Under the pieces are notes generated by a model, which saw only the letters and a program-made list of their open reading frames with translations, searched no databases and had not been told where the DNA came from. A program made the position numbers and the translations under genes. Source: Verrucomicrobiota bacterium (GTDB lineage Bacteria > Verrucomicrobiota > Verrucomicrobiia > Limisphaerales > AAA164-E04). From it: a stretch of 64,000 bases of DNA. This document shows, one piece after another, positions 41,659 to 54,655 of the stretch (position 1 is the first letter of the stretch; every line of letters begins with the position of its first letter). The stretch lies in the NCBI GenBank assembly GCA_047947115.1, contig CP170459.1, positions 3,968,001 to 4,032,000 on the forward strand. Reading direction: 5' to 3'.

Positions 41659-43146
41659 ATGATACCACCCACCCCAGCGGCAATAGAAAGAGGCTTAAGA
41701 ACCAATCGTCGCCATTTCTTCGCTCGTAATGCAACCGGCATCGGCACCGCCGCACTGGCATCCCTGCTCGACAAGGAGGGACTCATGGCGACAGAAAACC
41801 ATACCGAACCAAAATCGGGCATGCCCGGGTTGCCATCGATTCCTCATTTTGCGGGCAAAGCCAAGCGCATTATCTACCTGTTCCAGAACGGGGCTCCGAC
41901 CCACGTTGATTTGTTTGATTACAAACCAGGCATCATCAAGCAACACGGAAACCCAGTGCCTGAATCCTACTTCCAAGGCAAACGATTCAGCACCATGACA
42001 GGCGACCCAACGGGTAAACTCATGTTGCAACCCGTTGAACCCTTCAAGCAGCGGGGACAAAGTGGAGCATGGGTCAGTGAGTTCATGCCCCATACCGCCA
42101 GGATTGCGGATCAACTGTGTTTCGTGAAAAGCATGCACACCGACGCGGTGAACCATGCCCCTGCCATTTCCTTCTTTCTCAGCGGCGCTCAAATACCCGG
42201 AAGACCGACACTGGGAGCCTGGATGACCTATGGCCTGGGAGTGGAAAGTGACAACTTGCCCGGTTTTGTCGTCATGACTTCGGTGAGTAAAGGCACGACC
42301 TGTGGTCAGATTTTTTATGATTTTTACTGGGGTTCCGGTTTCCTTCCTTCCAAATACCAGGGCGTCAAGTTTCGTGGAGGCGGAAGTCCTGTTCTCTACA
42401 TTGAAGATCCGGCCGGGATGACTTCTTCTTTGAAACGTGGACTTTTGGATGACATCGGTAAAGTGAACCGATTGAAAATGAACCAAATTGGAGATCCGGA
42501 AATTGAAACGCGCATCGCCCAATACGAAATGGCCTACCGCATGCAAACGGGTGTCCCGGAATTGACAGATATCCGTCAAGAACCCCAGCACGTTCTCGAC
42601 CTTTATGGCCCACAGGTCAAGGAGCAAGGCACGTTTGCCTACAATTGCCTGATGGCTCGCCGACTGATTGAACGCGGGACTCGTTACGTGCAGGTGATGC
42701 ATGCGGGATGGGATCAACACAACAGCCTGACCACAGAACTTTACACCCAATGCAAAGACACTGACCAACCCAGCGCAGGACTGATCATTGACCTGCAACA
42801 ACGCGGTTTGCTGGAAGATACTTTGGTTGTCTGGGGGGGGGAGTTTGGACGCACGCCGTTCATTCAGGGTGACATCAACAACCGTCCGAAATGGGGACGT
42901 GATCATCATCCTTACGCCTTCACGGTCTGGATGGCTGGAGGTGGCATCAAACCGGGTGTTTCTTATGGAGCCTCGGATGAACTGGCCATGAATGCCGTGG
43001 AAAACCCCGTACACGTCCATGACCTGCAGGCCACCCTGCTCCATCAACTCGGCATCGATCACGAACGGTTAACCTATAGATTCCAGGGCCGCTATTACCG
43101 GCTCACCGACATCCATGGAAACGTTGTGAAGGACATCCTCTCATGA
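41659..43146 (+). CDS. DUF1501 (sulfatase-like) protein with Tat-like signal
   Basis: NRRHFF, AK.IIYLF..G, WDQH, GEFGRTP, GRDH, V.VHDL.AT. Confidence 0.9.
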   Translation: MIPPTPAAIERGLRTNRRHFFARNATGIGTAALASLLDKEGLMATENHTEPKSGMPGLPSIPHFAGKAKRIIYLFQNGAPTHVDLFDYKPGIIKQHGNPVPESYFQGKRFSTMTGDPTGKLMLQPVEPFKQRGQSGAWVSEFMPHTARIADQLCFVKSMHTDAVNHAPAISFFLSGAQIPGRPTLGAWMTYGLGVESDNLPGFVVMTSVSKGTTCGQIFYDFYWGSGFLPSKYQGVKFRGGGSPVLYIEDPAGMTSSLKRGLLDDIGKVNRLKMNQIGDPEIETRIAQYEMAYRMQTGVPELTDIRQEPQHVLDLYGPQVKEQGTFAYNCLMARRLIERGTRYVQVMHAGWDQHNSLTTELYTQCKDTDQPSAGLIIDLQQRGLLEDTLVVWGGEFGRTPFIQGDINNRPKWGRDHHPYAFTVWMAGGGIKPGVSYGASDELAMNAVENPVHVHDLQATLLHQLGIDHERLTYRFQGRYYRLTDIHGNVVKDILS

Positions 43147-43988
43147 AATTCCCAATGATCAACACATCCAGGCCATCCGGGTTTACCCTCATCGAACTGC
43201 TCGTCGTCATAGCGATCATAGCCATCCTTGCCGGCATGCTTCTGCCAGCTTTGGGTAAAGCCAAACAGAAGGCTCATGGCATCTTTTGCATGAATAATCA
43301 CAAGCAGTTGACGCTTGGCTGGATGATGTATGCGGAAGACAATGAAGGCAATCTCCCTGCATCTTCCAACCAGGCATGGCTCAAAGGCCCAGAATGGACC
43401 GGAGGCGGCAACCTGGTGCTCCCCTGCAGTGGAGCAGACGATCACGACCCCAATGCTCCCGACAGCATCAAGGACAGTCCGCTCTGGTCTTATCTGAACT
43501 CCGAAACAGTGTTCAAATGCCCAGCCGATAAAAGCGCCTGTCGAGTGAATGGACAATTGATCCCACGCGTTCGCAGCATGTCGATGAACATGTGGCTGAA
43601 TGGTCCTGGTTGGGGCACTGCGCGCGGAGAAAACGGAAGAGGCTGGAAAAAGTTCTTCAAAATTGATTCCATCAATGATCCGGGCCCTTCCGAAACCTTT
43701 GTGTTCCTGGATGAACGCGAAGACAGTATCAACGATGGAACTTTTGTAGTGGACATGGCGGGATTTCGATCTGCGCCAAATCAATATCGCATCATCGACT
43801 ACCCTGCATCCTATCACAACGCAGCCGGTGGATTCTCCTTTGCCGATGGACATTCGGAGATTAAAAAATGGATTGATCCCCGGACGATGCCCTCCCTGAC
43901 CAAAGGGCAGGAAATTCCGCTCAATATTCCATCACCAGGCAACCCTGATGTTGCCTGGATGCAGGAAAAAGCCACGCGGCCGGAATGA
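43143..43988 (+). CDS. Prepilin-type N-terminal cleavage/methylation protein with H-X9-DG domain
   Basis: [30 protein letters not shown]. Confidence 0.9.
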   Translation: MKFPMINTSRPSGFTLIELLVVIAIIAILAGMLLPALGKAKQKAHGIFCMNNHKQLTLGWMMYAEDNEGNLPASSNQAWLKGPEWTGGGNLVLPCSGADDHDPNAPDSIKDSPLWSYLNSETVFKCPADKSACRVNGQLIPRVRSMSMNMWLNGPGWGTARGENGRGWKKFFKIDSINDPGPSETFVFLDEREDSINDGTFVVDMAGFRSAPNQYRIIDYPASYHNAAGGFSFADGHSEIKKWIDPRTMPSLTKGQEIPLNIPSPGNPDVAWMQEKATRPE

Positions 43989-46609
43989 TATTACCTCCCA
44001 TCATTCACCAAACACACATGAGCCCCGTTCGATGGTCCATCTGCTTGATCCTGCTTCTTGTATGGGGGAGTTCATTTTCACATGCGGATAACCTGACATG
44101 GACGGACGAAATGACTGATTTCCTTGGGGATCATTGTTTCGAATGCCACGATGGTGAATTGGCAAAGGGCGGTTTGAATTTGGAGCCTCTCTCATTTTCC
44201 CTTTCTGACCGCGATTTGTTTGATCAATGGGTATTGATCCATGACCGGATTCAAAAAGGTGAAATGCCCCCGGCCAAACGTGATCGCCCGGAACCGGAGC
44301 TCAAGAACGACTTTGTCACCGCCCTATCCGATTCATTGATTGAACAAGATCAAGCCAACATCCGTGAACGCGGACGCACGTCCATTCGAAGGTTGAATCG
44401 TTATGAATATGAAAACAGCCTGCGGGAAGGATTGAAAGCTCCATGGTTACAAGTCGCAACCAAGCTACCCGAAGACGGAGTGGCCCATTTGTTCAACAAA
44501 ACCGGAGAAAGACTTGATGTATCGCACGTACAGATGACCAAATACCTGGAGACAGCTTTGGAAGCTCTTCGGACCTGTCTGCAAACGGTGGCTTACCCAA
44601 CATCCAAAAACAAGTTTTATGCGAGAGAAGAACCCGTCATGCAGAATTACCTGAAATACAGGTTCGGACAAATGGCCGCCACCCGTTCAAGCATTCCCCT
44701 GATTGGAACCACTCCGCAACCCGATATTATCCGCGGCATCGCTCCGGTGACGGTTGGTGAAAGTGATCCGGAAATCAGGGAACAAGAAGCGATGGGATTT
44801 GTCTCCGGCACCTACTCGGCCACCACGAAATACGATTTCACCCGCATGCAGATACCTGTGGACGGACGATACCGGTTGAGGCTGAAAAGTTACAGTTTCA
44901 TGGCAGGCCCCAATGGAGCCAGCGGCGGCAATGATCATGGATTGACCGGAGGCAACCGCGCATGGTGGCGCCCCAGCCGTACCTATGCCTTTCCTGGGTT
45001 TCGACCCGAACCCGTCACCTTGTATGCCCTGTCCAGCGGAGGCGACAGCAGATGGTTGACTACCTATGATGCGATGCCGGAACCTTCGATCTTCGAATGT
45101 GAGGTCGACCTGAAAAAGGACGAAACATTACGGCCCGACGCCGCGCGTCTGGTGCGAACACGCCCAGGATGGAAAGGCAACCCCAACGCCACCCGGGAAG
45201 GTATCCCTGGATTTGCACTGAACTGGCTCGAAGTGGAAGGTCCTTTGCATGATTCCTGGCCACCGCCTTGTTATGATGTTCTTTTTGCGGATCTCCCTTT
45301 CGAGATACATGCCGAAGACCAGGTTCAGGTGACACCTGGCAATGAGGAAAAAGATGCACATCGTTTGTTGAGGCGATTTGTTGGACGCATGCTCAGGCGA
45401 GTTGAATCAGAATCCATTGAAATCACACCTTACCTGAATGTTTTCCATCAAGCACGTGCATTGGGAGATTCGTTTACGGATGGCATGCTGGCTGCATACG
45501 CCAGCCTCCTTTGTTCTACCGACTTTCTATATCTGAAGAAAGAGACTACCCCCGAAACACTCGCTTCCAGACTGGCCTTTTTCCTATGGAACGGCCCTCC
45601 TGACGAAGCCTTGCTCACCCAGAGCGAACTGCAACAACCCGACACTTTGAAAAAGGAAACAGAAAGATTGCTGGGCGATAAAAGATCACAGCGCTTTGTG
45701 AACGCCTTTCTGGATTACTGGCTGGATTTGCGTGACATCCTCGCCAACTCTCCGGACGCACAACTTTATCCAGATTACTATTTGGACGAAATGCTGACAG
45801 AATCTTCCGTGCTGGAGACACGCATGTTTTTCGAAGAACTCATTCAAAGCAACTTGCCTGCATCGAACTTGATTGACTCGGATTTCACTTTTGTTAACGA
45901 ACGTCTGGCACAACATTACGGAATCAAAAACGAACAAACCGTCGCTATCCACCGGGTCTCACTTCCGGCTGATTCACCAAGGGGTGGGCTCCTGACACAG
46001 GCCAGCATCCTGAGGATCACGGCCAACGGCACCACGACTTCGCCTGTCGTGCGGGGCGCTTGGATCGGGGAACGCATTCTGGGCATGGAAATCCCCACAC
46101 CCCCTTCGAATGTGGGAGCCGTCGAACCGGATACACGCGGAGCCACCACCATCCGGGAACAACTGGAACTTCACCGCAAACACGTTTCCTGCAATGCATG
46201 CCACCAACACTTCGATCCGGTCGGGCTGGTGCTTGAGATCTTTGATATCGCGGGAGGATATCGAACACGCTACCGAGGATCAGGCGACCTGGGCGATCCG
46301 GTTGAGGGATTCGGAAAGAACGGTCATGCCTTCAATTTTCGTTTGGCAAAGCCGGTGGAATGTGGTGGTGAAATGGCGGATGGAACCCCCTTTGCCGATA
46401 TTGAAAGTATGAAACAAATACTGCTCCGAGATCAGCGACAAATCGCACGCAATTTGCTGCAACGCTTCATCGTTTTTGCCACCGGATCTCCCATTTCATT
46501 CAGTGAACGAACCATCCTGGAAACCATGCTCGATGCATGTAAACACTTAAACTACGGAGTCCGGGACCTGATCCACGCAACGGTGCAAAGTTCACTCTTT
46601 ACCCGATAA
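43985..46609 (+). CDS. DUF1592/DUF1588/DUF1587 cytochrome c-domain protein
   Basis: CFECH and CNACH, RRLNR.EY.N, LASRL.FFLW...PD, RGGLL, TSPV.RG.W. Confidence 0.88.
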   Translation: MILPPIIHQTHMSPVRWSICLILLLVWGSSFSHADNLTWTDEMTDFLGDHCFECHDGELAKGGLNLEPLSFSLSDRDLFDQWVLIHDRIQKGEMPPAKRDRPEPELKNDFVTALSDSLIEQDQANIRERGRTSIRRLNRYEYENSLREGLKAPWLQVATKLPEDGVAHLFNKTGERLDVSHVQMTKYLETALEALRTCLQTVAYPTSKNKFYAREEPVMQNYLKYRFGQMAATRSSIPLIGTTPQPDIIRGIAPVTVGESDPEIREQEAMGFVSGTYSATTKYDFTRMQIPVDGRYRLRLKSYSFMAGPNGASGGNDHGLTGGNRAWWRPSRTYAFPGFRPEPVTLYALSSGGDSRWLTTYDAMPEPSIFECEVDLKKDETLRPDAARLVRTRPGWKGNPNATREGIPGFALNWLEVEGPLHDSWPPPCYDVLFADLPFEIHAEDQVQVTPGNEEKDAHRLLRRFVGRMLRRVESESIEITPYLNVFHQARALGDSFTDGMLAAYASLLCSTDFLYLKKETTPETLASRLAFFLWNGPPDEALLTQSELQQPDTLKKETERLLGDKRSQRFVNAFLDYWLDLRDILANSPDAQLYPDYYLDEMLTESSVLETRMFFEELIQSNLPASNLIDSDFTFVNERLAQHYGIKNEQTVAIHRVSLPADSPRGGLLTQASILRITANGTTTSPVVRGAWIGERILGMEIPTPPSNVGAVEPDTRGATTIREQLELHRKHVSCNACHQHFDPVGLVLEIFDIAGGYRTRYRGSGDLGDPVEGFGKNGHAFNFRLAKPVECGGEMADGTPFADIESMKQILLRDQRQIARNLLQRFIVFATGSPISFSERTILETMLDACKHLNYGVRDLIHATVQSSLFTR

Positions 46610-46632
46610 ACGCTTGGTATAGCCAAAGCGCA

Positions 46633-46825
46633 CTCTGGACTGCGTGCTCCGATGCATCGGAACCGCTCTGGATACCTCAGGGCAACGTTTGTATAATCAA
46701 TTCGAATGGAAAATCCCCCGTCCTATTTTGGTAAACCCAAGTTGCAGTCTCCATCAACCAGCATTTGAAGCCACATTGTGCATTCGAAGCGTATCCAGAG
46801 CGGTGATGCTCACCGCACTCCAGAT
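46633..46825. repeat. Inverted pair of REP-like hairpins (family B)
   Basis: 46791-46823 is the reverse complement of 30088-30120 with one mismatch; partner CTCTGGACTGCG...CCGCTCTGGATAC at 46633-46675. Confidence 0.8.
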
Positions 46826-46855
46826 TGGCCTCAACTCAAAGTCGCGGTATTGGGA

Positions 46856-47635
46856 TTATGCAAACTGCGACATTTGGTCAATGTCTGTGAAGATTTCTGT
46901 TGAAACACGTCCTTGAATAACGAGTGAGAGAGGGTGATGCCCCTTGCATTTCAACGAATCCAGCAAGGCCTTTTCCTTGCCTTTCCCGCTGATCACCACC
47001 CAGACATGACGCGCGGCGTGCAGGATGGGATAAGAGAGTGTCAGGCGTTGAGGCGGTGGTTTAGAAGCAATGACGCTGAAGGTGTGTTCGGTTCTTTTGG
47101 CGTCCTCTTCCATGTTTTCGGGGAACAGGGAAGCCACATGCCCATCTTCCCCCATCCCAAGTATCACCAAATCAAAAACCGGGATGTTTGATTCATTTGA
47201 CGGAAGGTTTTCTTCAAGTTGTGCCGACATCCATTTGGCGGCGTGTTCCGGATCGGATTCGCCCTGGAATCGAAACATTTGGGATTCGGGGAACCGGGTG
47301 GTCTGGACGAAATGGTTCTGAAACATCAGGTAATTACTATCATCAGAATCAGGTGGGACGCACCGTTCGTCGGCCCAATACACGTTCAAACGATTCAACA
47401 AAACAGGTGACTTCTGGAACAAACATGCCGCTTCCTCAAGAAACGGCACGGCAATACGGCCTCCGGACACAGCGACATGAAACGCAGGATCGTCCGATGT
47501 TTCCCCCACAACCTTCACCCACTCCCTCGCGGCCGCCGAAGCCAGGTCATCCGGCGAATCAAAACATTGTAGATGATAATGTCCGGTTTTATTCATACCT
47601 TCCCCCATCATGAACCAATCTTGAGGTAAAGTCAC
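46856..47635 (-). CDS. pgl: 6-phosphogluconolactonase
   Basis: SGG, DERCVP, LGMGEDGH.ASLFP, KPPP.R.T; GTGA overlap with zwf. Confidence 0.92.
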   Translation of the reverse strand: MTLPQDWFMMGEGMNKTGHYHLQCFDSPDDLASAAAREWVKVVGETSDDPAFHVAVSGGRIAVPFLEEAACLFQKSPVLLNRLNVYWADERCVPPDSDDSNYLMFQNHFVQTTRFPESQMFRFQGESDPEHAAKWMSAQLEENLPSNESNIPVFDLVILGMGEDGHVASLFPENMEEDAKRTEHTFSVIASKPPPQRLTLSYPILHAARHVWVVISGKGKEKALLDSLKCKGHHPLSLVIQGRVSTEIFTDIDQMSQFA

Positions 47636-49203
47636 TTTTGAATCTTGGGATGACGCCAGGCGTGACCGGATCTCCCGAGGAGTTCATCAGCCGCTTCCGG
47701 CCCCCAGGTCCCCGCCGAATAGAATTCCCTGTTGCTCAGAGGTTTCCCTTTCCAGGCATTTCGAATGGAATCCACCACTTTCCAGGCTGCTTCCACCTCA
47801 TCACGCCGGATAAACAAGGTCGCATCCCCTGCAACAGCTTCCAATAAAAGCCGTTCGTAGGCTTCCGGTGTATAAGCGCCGAATTCTGTGTCGTAACTGA
47901 ACTGCATGCGCACAGGCCGCAGATCCGAACTGTTTCCCGGAATCTTTCCATTGAAATGCAGGCTGATGCCTTCATTAGGCTGCAATCTCAATGTGAGCGC
48001 ATTGGAATCCAAATTATTGTGACACTGTGCGGCAAAAAGAACATTGGGAACCGGACGAAATTGGACCCGCACCTCACTGGCGCTTAATGGAAGGTTCTTG
48101 CCGGTTCGCAAATAAAACGGCACGCCCGACCAACGCCAGTTCTCAATGAACAATTTCATGGCGACATACGTTTCTACATCCGAAGTGGGGTTCACCTTTT
48201 CCTCCTGGCGATAAGCGGGCCGCATGTCTCCATCCACCACCCCGGCGAAATACTGGCCGCGCACGACACGACGCGCCACATCCTCTTCGCTCATCGGACG
48301 TATGCTCTGCAGCAACTTGACCTTTTCATCGCGTATCGCCTCGTCGTCCAGTGACACCGGAGGTTCCATGGCAATGAGTGACAATACCTGCAGAAGGTGG
48401 TTCTGCACCATGTCCCTCAAAGCACCCGCCTCCTCGTAGTAACCCCCACGTGAACCGACTCCAAGTTTCTCACTGACGGTGATTTGGATATGATCAATCG
48501 AACGCCGGGTCCAAAGCTCTTCGAAAATGGCATTGGAAAACCGGAATACCATGATGTTTTGGACCGTCTCTTTTCCAAGGTAATGGTCGATGCGGTAAAT
48601 CTGACGTTCGTGTGCATATTGAATCAAACTGTCATTCAGTTTTTGTGCCGATACGCCATCATGTCCAAACGGCTTCTCAACCACCACACGCTGCCAATGT
48701 GCTCCATCTTCCGCCTTGCGGAGAAGACCCGAGGCACTTAACTGTGCCACGGCTTCCGAAAATTGACTGGGAGATACAGCCAGATAAAACAGCAGATTAT
48801 TGGCGAGTTGTTCATTGCCCCCCTCCTGAACACGTTCCTTCAAAGATTCATAGGATGTGTTGTCACCGAGATCGCCACGATGATAGAACACACGGGACGC
48901 AAACTCCGCCCACACTTCCTGATCCACCGGCTTGGTGCGCGAAAAACGCTCCAAAGCATCATGAAGTTCCTCACGCCAGGAATCATCCGTTTTATCGCGC
49001 CGGGCAAATCCGATAATACGAAACGGATCCGGAAGCTGTTTCTCTTTGAACAAATGATAGAGAGCGGGGATCAATTTGCGTGAAGTCAGATCCCCACTGG
49101 CGCCAAAAATGACAATGGTGCACGGTTGCACCTGTCGACGTCCTCCGCCGAGGCGGCACGTCAACAATTCATCCAAAGAATCGGTTGTGTCGGTCATACT
49201 CAT
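47632..49203 (-). CDS. zwf: Glucose-6-phosphate 1-dehydrogenase
   Basis: GASGDL..RKL, EKPFG, RIDHYLGKE, RDMVQNH; real start about 49203, not 49926. Confidence 0.96.
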   Translation of the reverse strand: MSMTDTTDSLDELLTCRLGGGRRQVQPCTIVIFGASGDLTSRKLIPALYHLFKEKQLPDPFRIIGFARRDKTDDSWREELHDALERFSRTKPVDQEVWAEFASRVFYHRGDLGDNTSYESLKERVQEGGNEQLANNLLFYLAVSPSQFSEAVAQLSASGLLRKAEDGAHWQRVVVEKPFGHDGVSAQKLNDSLIQYAHERQIYRIDHYLGKETVQNIMVFRFSNAIFEELWTRRSIDHIQITVSEKLGVGSRGGYYEEAGALRDMVQNHLLQVLSLIAMEPPVSLDDEAIRDEKVKLLQSIRPMSEEDVARRVVRGQYFAGVVDGDMRPAYRQEEKVNPTSDVETYVAMKLFIENWRWSGVPFYLRTGKNLPLSASEVRVQFRPVPNVLFAAQCHNNLDSNALTLRLQPNEGISLHFNGKIPGNSSDLRPVRMQFSYDTEFGAYTPEAYERLLLEAVAGDATLFIRRDEVEAAWKVVDSIRNAWKGKPLSNREFYSAGTWGPEAADELLGRSGHAWRHPKIQK

Positions 49204-49449
49204 TTCTCTCAGGAACAGATAAAGCCAAAACAAACAAACACCAGCGAAAAGTTTTGAAAGCACGATACGTAAAAATGAATGGATCCATTGCAGGTTACTG
49301 AAAAACCCAACCAGGAATTGCGAATCATAAAAACAGTGTGCTGAATCTTCATATCCGTAATGACAGATCGTTTCCTGCCATACAACAGACACATTGCCAC
49401 TTGTGCATGAATCCATTGACACTTCCCAACTTTTGACCATCCTGTAGAC

Positions 49450-51474
49450 ATGGGTACGGAATTGAATGATCCATATTTGTGGCTGGAGGAAGTGGAGGCG
49501 GTGAAGGCTTTGGATTGGGCGAAATCGCTGAATCAGGAGTGCGCGGATGAATTGACCGCCGCGTCCGGGTTTGAAACTCTGGAATCCAGGTTGCTGGCGG
49601 CTCTGGATTCGGATGAACGCATCCCAGGTGTTACTCTTTACGGAAGTCATCTGTATAACTTCTGGCGGGATAAACGAAACTCCAAGGGGATATGGCGTCG
49701 TACTTCGTTGGATTCCTATCAGAATGAAAAGCCGGTATGGGAGACGGTGCTGGATCTGGATCGCCTTGCTGAAAAAGAAAACGAAAATTGGGTCTGGAAA
49801 GGAGCCACCATGCGGCGGCCGGATTTCAAACGCTGCCTTCTTCGTCTTTCCCGGGGGGGAGCTGACGCCACCGTGGTGCGCGAGTTCGATGTGGAGAGGC
49901 AATCTTTCGTTGAGGACGGGTTTCAACTACCCGAGGCGAAATCCCGCGTGTCGTGGATCGATGAGGATACGCTATTTGTCGGGACCGATTTTGGACTCAA
50001 TTCGATGACCGATTCCGGATATCCACGTCTTGTAAAAACCTGGAAACGCGGCACCCCGCTTGAAAGCGCCAAATTGATATTCGTTGGCAAAAAGGAAGAT
50101 GTTTCGGTGGGTGCCTCGGTTGCTCATGATCACGGGCATCGTCATGAGGTGATTTATCGGGGAGATACTTTCTGGACCAGCGAAGCCTTTATCCGGGTCG
50201 ATCAGGATTGGGTTAAAATCGACAAACCAGCCGGAGCCGAAATCAGTTTTTTCCATAACCACCTTCTCCTGACCTTGAGGAAGGATTGGGAAGTGGACGG
50301 TCATAACTACAAGGCGGGTTCCCTGGTCGCCCGGGAACTGCCCGCATTTCTTTCAGGCAAGCGCGACCTCAGTGTCTTGTTCGAGCCAAGTGAACGCACG
50401 TCCCTGGATGGTTTCTCTTCCACGCAACATTCGCTCCTTGTCAATGTGCTCGACAACGTAAGAAACCGGCTAGTTCGCGTGCAAAAGAAGAACGGACAGT
50501 GGATCAAGGAAAACCTGGCCACACCGGGACTCGGTACTGTCAATGCTTGGGGCTTGGATCCGGAACATTCGGATGCCTATTGGTTGTCGGTCACGGATTT
50601 TCTCACGCCGGCCAGCCTATATCTGGGCGACCTGAACTCCGGCAAGCAGGACCAGCTCAAGTCGGAACCCGGTTTCTTTGAGACTGAGGGTTTGCGCATT
50701 CAGCAGCGTGAAGCCACTTCGAAGGATGGCACCAAGGTCCCCTACTTCCTCGTGGCAAAGTCCGAGCTGACTCTAAATGGCGAGAACCCGACCCTTCTCT
50801 ATGGATACGGAGGCTTCGAAATATCGATGCTTTCCAGTTACCGCGCTCTCACCGGCATTGGCTGGCTCGAGCAAGGTGGCGTATATGTGTTAGCCAATAT
50901 TCGTGGCGGAGGTGAGTTTGGTCCGCGCTGGCATCAAGCGGCGCTCAAGGAAAACCGGCAGCTTGCCTATGACGATTTCATCGCCATTGCAGAGGATCTG
51001 ATAGAGCGAAAAATCACCTCTCCGCAGCATCTCGGCATCCGGGGAGGTTCCAACGGCGGGCTTCTCATGGGGAACATGCTGGTTCAGCGGCCTGATTTGT
51101 TTAAGGCCATTGTCTGTCAGGTTCCGCTTCTGGATATGTATCGTTACAACAAATTGCTGGCCGGCGCCAGTTGGATGGGTGAGTATGGTAATCCGGATAT
51201 TCCGGAAGAATGGGCCTATTTGCAAAAATATTCCCCCTATCAACGAGTGAAGCCCGGCGTGAAATATCCCCGCACCTTGTTCACCACATCGACACGTGAC
51301 GACCGGGTACATCCGGGGCATGCCCGCAAGATGGTGGCCAAGATGAAAGATCAGGGGCACGACGTGTTGTATTACGAAAACATCGAGGGCGGACACGGCG
51401 GAGCATCAGATAACCCTCAAAGAGCTTTTGTAGAAGCACTTATTCATACTTTCCTGTGGAATGAATTGAAGTAA
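49450..51474 (+). CDS. Prolyl oligopeptidase (S9A)
   Basis: DPY.WLE, YGYGGF, GGSNGG (catalytic Ser), DDRV, GGHG. Confidence 0.93.
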   Translation: MGTELNDPYLWLEEVEAVKALDWAKSLNQECADELTAASGFETLESRLLAALDSDERIPGVTLYGSHLYNFWRDKRNSKGIWRRTSLDSYQNEKPVWETVLDLDRLAEKENENWVWKGATMRRPDFKRCLLRLSRGGADATVVREFDVERQSFVEDGFQLPEAKSRVSWIDEDTLFVGTDFGLNSMTDSGYPRLVKTWKRGTPLESAKLIFVGKKEDVSVGASVAHDHGHRHEVIYRGDTFWTSEAFIRVDQDWVKIDKPAGAEISFFHNHLLLTLRKDWEVDGHNYKAGSLVARELPAFLSGKRDLSVLFEPSERTSLDGFSSTQHSLLVNVLDNVRNRLVRVQKKNGQWIKENLATPGLGTVNAWGLDPEHSDAYWLSVTDFLTPASLYLGDLNSGKQDQLKSEPGFFETEGLRIQQREATSKDGTKVPYFLVAKSELTLNGENPTLLYGYGGFEISMLSSYRALTGIGWLEQGGVYVLANIRGGGEFGPRWHQAALKENRQLAYDDFIAIAEDLIERKITSPQHLGIRGGSNGGLLMGNMLVQRPDLFKAIVCQVPLLDMYRYNKLLAGASWMGEYGNPDIPEEWAYLQKYSPYQRVKPGVKYPRTLFTTSTRDDRVHPGHARKMVAKMKDQGHDVLYYENIEGGHGGASDNPQRAFVEALIHTFLWNELK

Positions 51475-51482
51475 CCCAATCA

Positions 51483-51655
51483 TGGAGGGGAAAATTCCGG
51501 TTTACCCCACTCAGACATGAGGCATCCGAACTGTTTTCAAGCTGCGGTGGAAGCGGTGGAGGGATCCGAATACACCAGGCTTCCCGCGTTCCATGTTTTT
51601 TGCTGAAGGAAGATCTGAGGAGGAAGTATGGGACGAGGTGGAACTCGTCCCTCCG
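51483..51655 (+). repeat. Copy of the ~160-bp repeat (family A) bracketed by inverted hairpins
   Basis: TGGAGGGG...TACCCC at 51483-51508, body GGCTTCCCGCGTTCCA, end GAAGTATGGGACGAG-GTGGAA-CTCGTCCCTCCG. Confidence 0.8.
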
Positions 51656-51663
51656 GTTGAATG

Positions 51664-51703
51664 AAAAAAAAGGCGCGGACTGTTGGATCCGCGCCTTTTG
51701 TTT
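51664..51703. terminator. Bidirectional rho-independent terminator
   Basis: AAAAGGCGCGGA / TCCGCGCCTTTT stem with A and T runs, between the convergent peptidase and eno genes. Confidence 0.85.
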
Positions 51704-51726
51704 GTGAGATTGTTTGATGCAATCAA

Positions 51727-54077
<2,351 letters not shown>

Positions 54078-54592
54078 AGTTTCGATAACAAAAGAACAGT
54101 TTATGGCCGAACCGCAAGCCATTGTCAAACAGAGCATTTTTCAACTACCTTGCTCTCCGATATGGAAGTTGCATCCAGCAAATTGGATTTATACTGATCG
54201 CCAAAAGTATTCGCGCATAAGGGCTCGCTGATGCTTCTTATTCTCACGCCCGCTGCGCTAGAGACGCAGTGACTCAGAGTTTTTTCTGAAATTACTTTTG
54301 GCAAACGTGATACAACGCAGAGATCCACCTGGAACGCAGAGCTGAAACATTCGCCATTCATTCGGGCATTCTAACCCGGATATGAATTGAACTGATGGAA
54401 AAACCATTTCTTGCCTGGTTCAAATAGCCTGTTCATTCCCGGCTGGGAACCCCATTTTTGTTGCAAGTGAAGGGTCCTTGTGATCAATAGGAAACAGGTC
54501 GTTACTTTTTATCCACACATCGCCCCAAGGAAAGAGGCTTCGGAAAATAGGTTAACACTTATCTACCAACCAGTTCATAGCCGGAATATTTT

Positions 54593-54609
54593 TTGGCAAG
54601 TAAAATGCT
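54593..54609 (+). promoter_or_regulatory. Putative sigma-54 (-24/-12) promoter
   Basis: TTGGCAAGTAAAATGCT: GG-N10-GC spacing, ending 47 nt before the ATG at 54656. Confidence 0.6.
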
Positions 54610-54655
54610 AAATGTTGTTTATTGCTAGAGACAGACAGAATTCAGCAGAAACAAC

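Noticed and set aside
41695..43062. 455-aa antisense ORF (likewise 6231-7082, 40871-41761, 19744-20511 and other overlapping ORFs)
   Set aside because: They lie over well-supported genes and have no recognisable motifs; typical shadow ORFs from codon bias.
49204..49926. 240-aa N-terminal extension of zwf in the ORF track (similar extensions for eno, cdsA, hisS and the FabG-like reductase)
   Set aside because: It overlaps the divergent peptidase gene and recognisable homology starts at the downstream ATG.
54244..54341. CGCAGAG-type short repeats in the asd upstream region
   Set aside because: Few and degenerate; probably related to the inner arrays at 17976-18171 but too weak to call a separate element.
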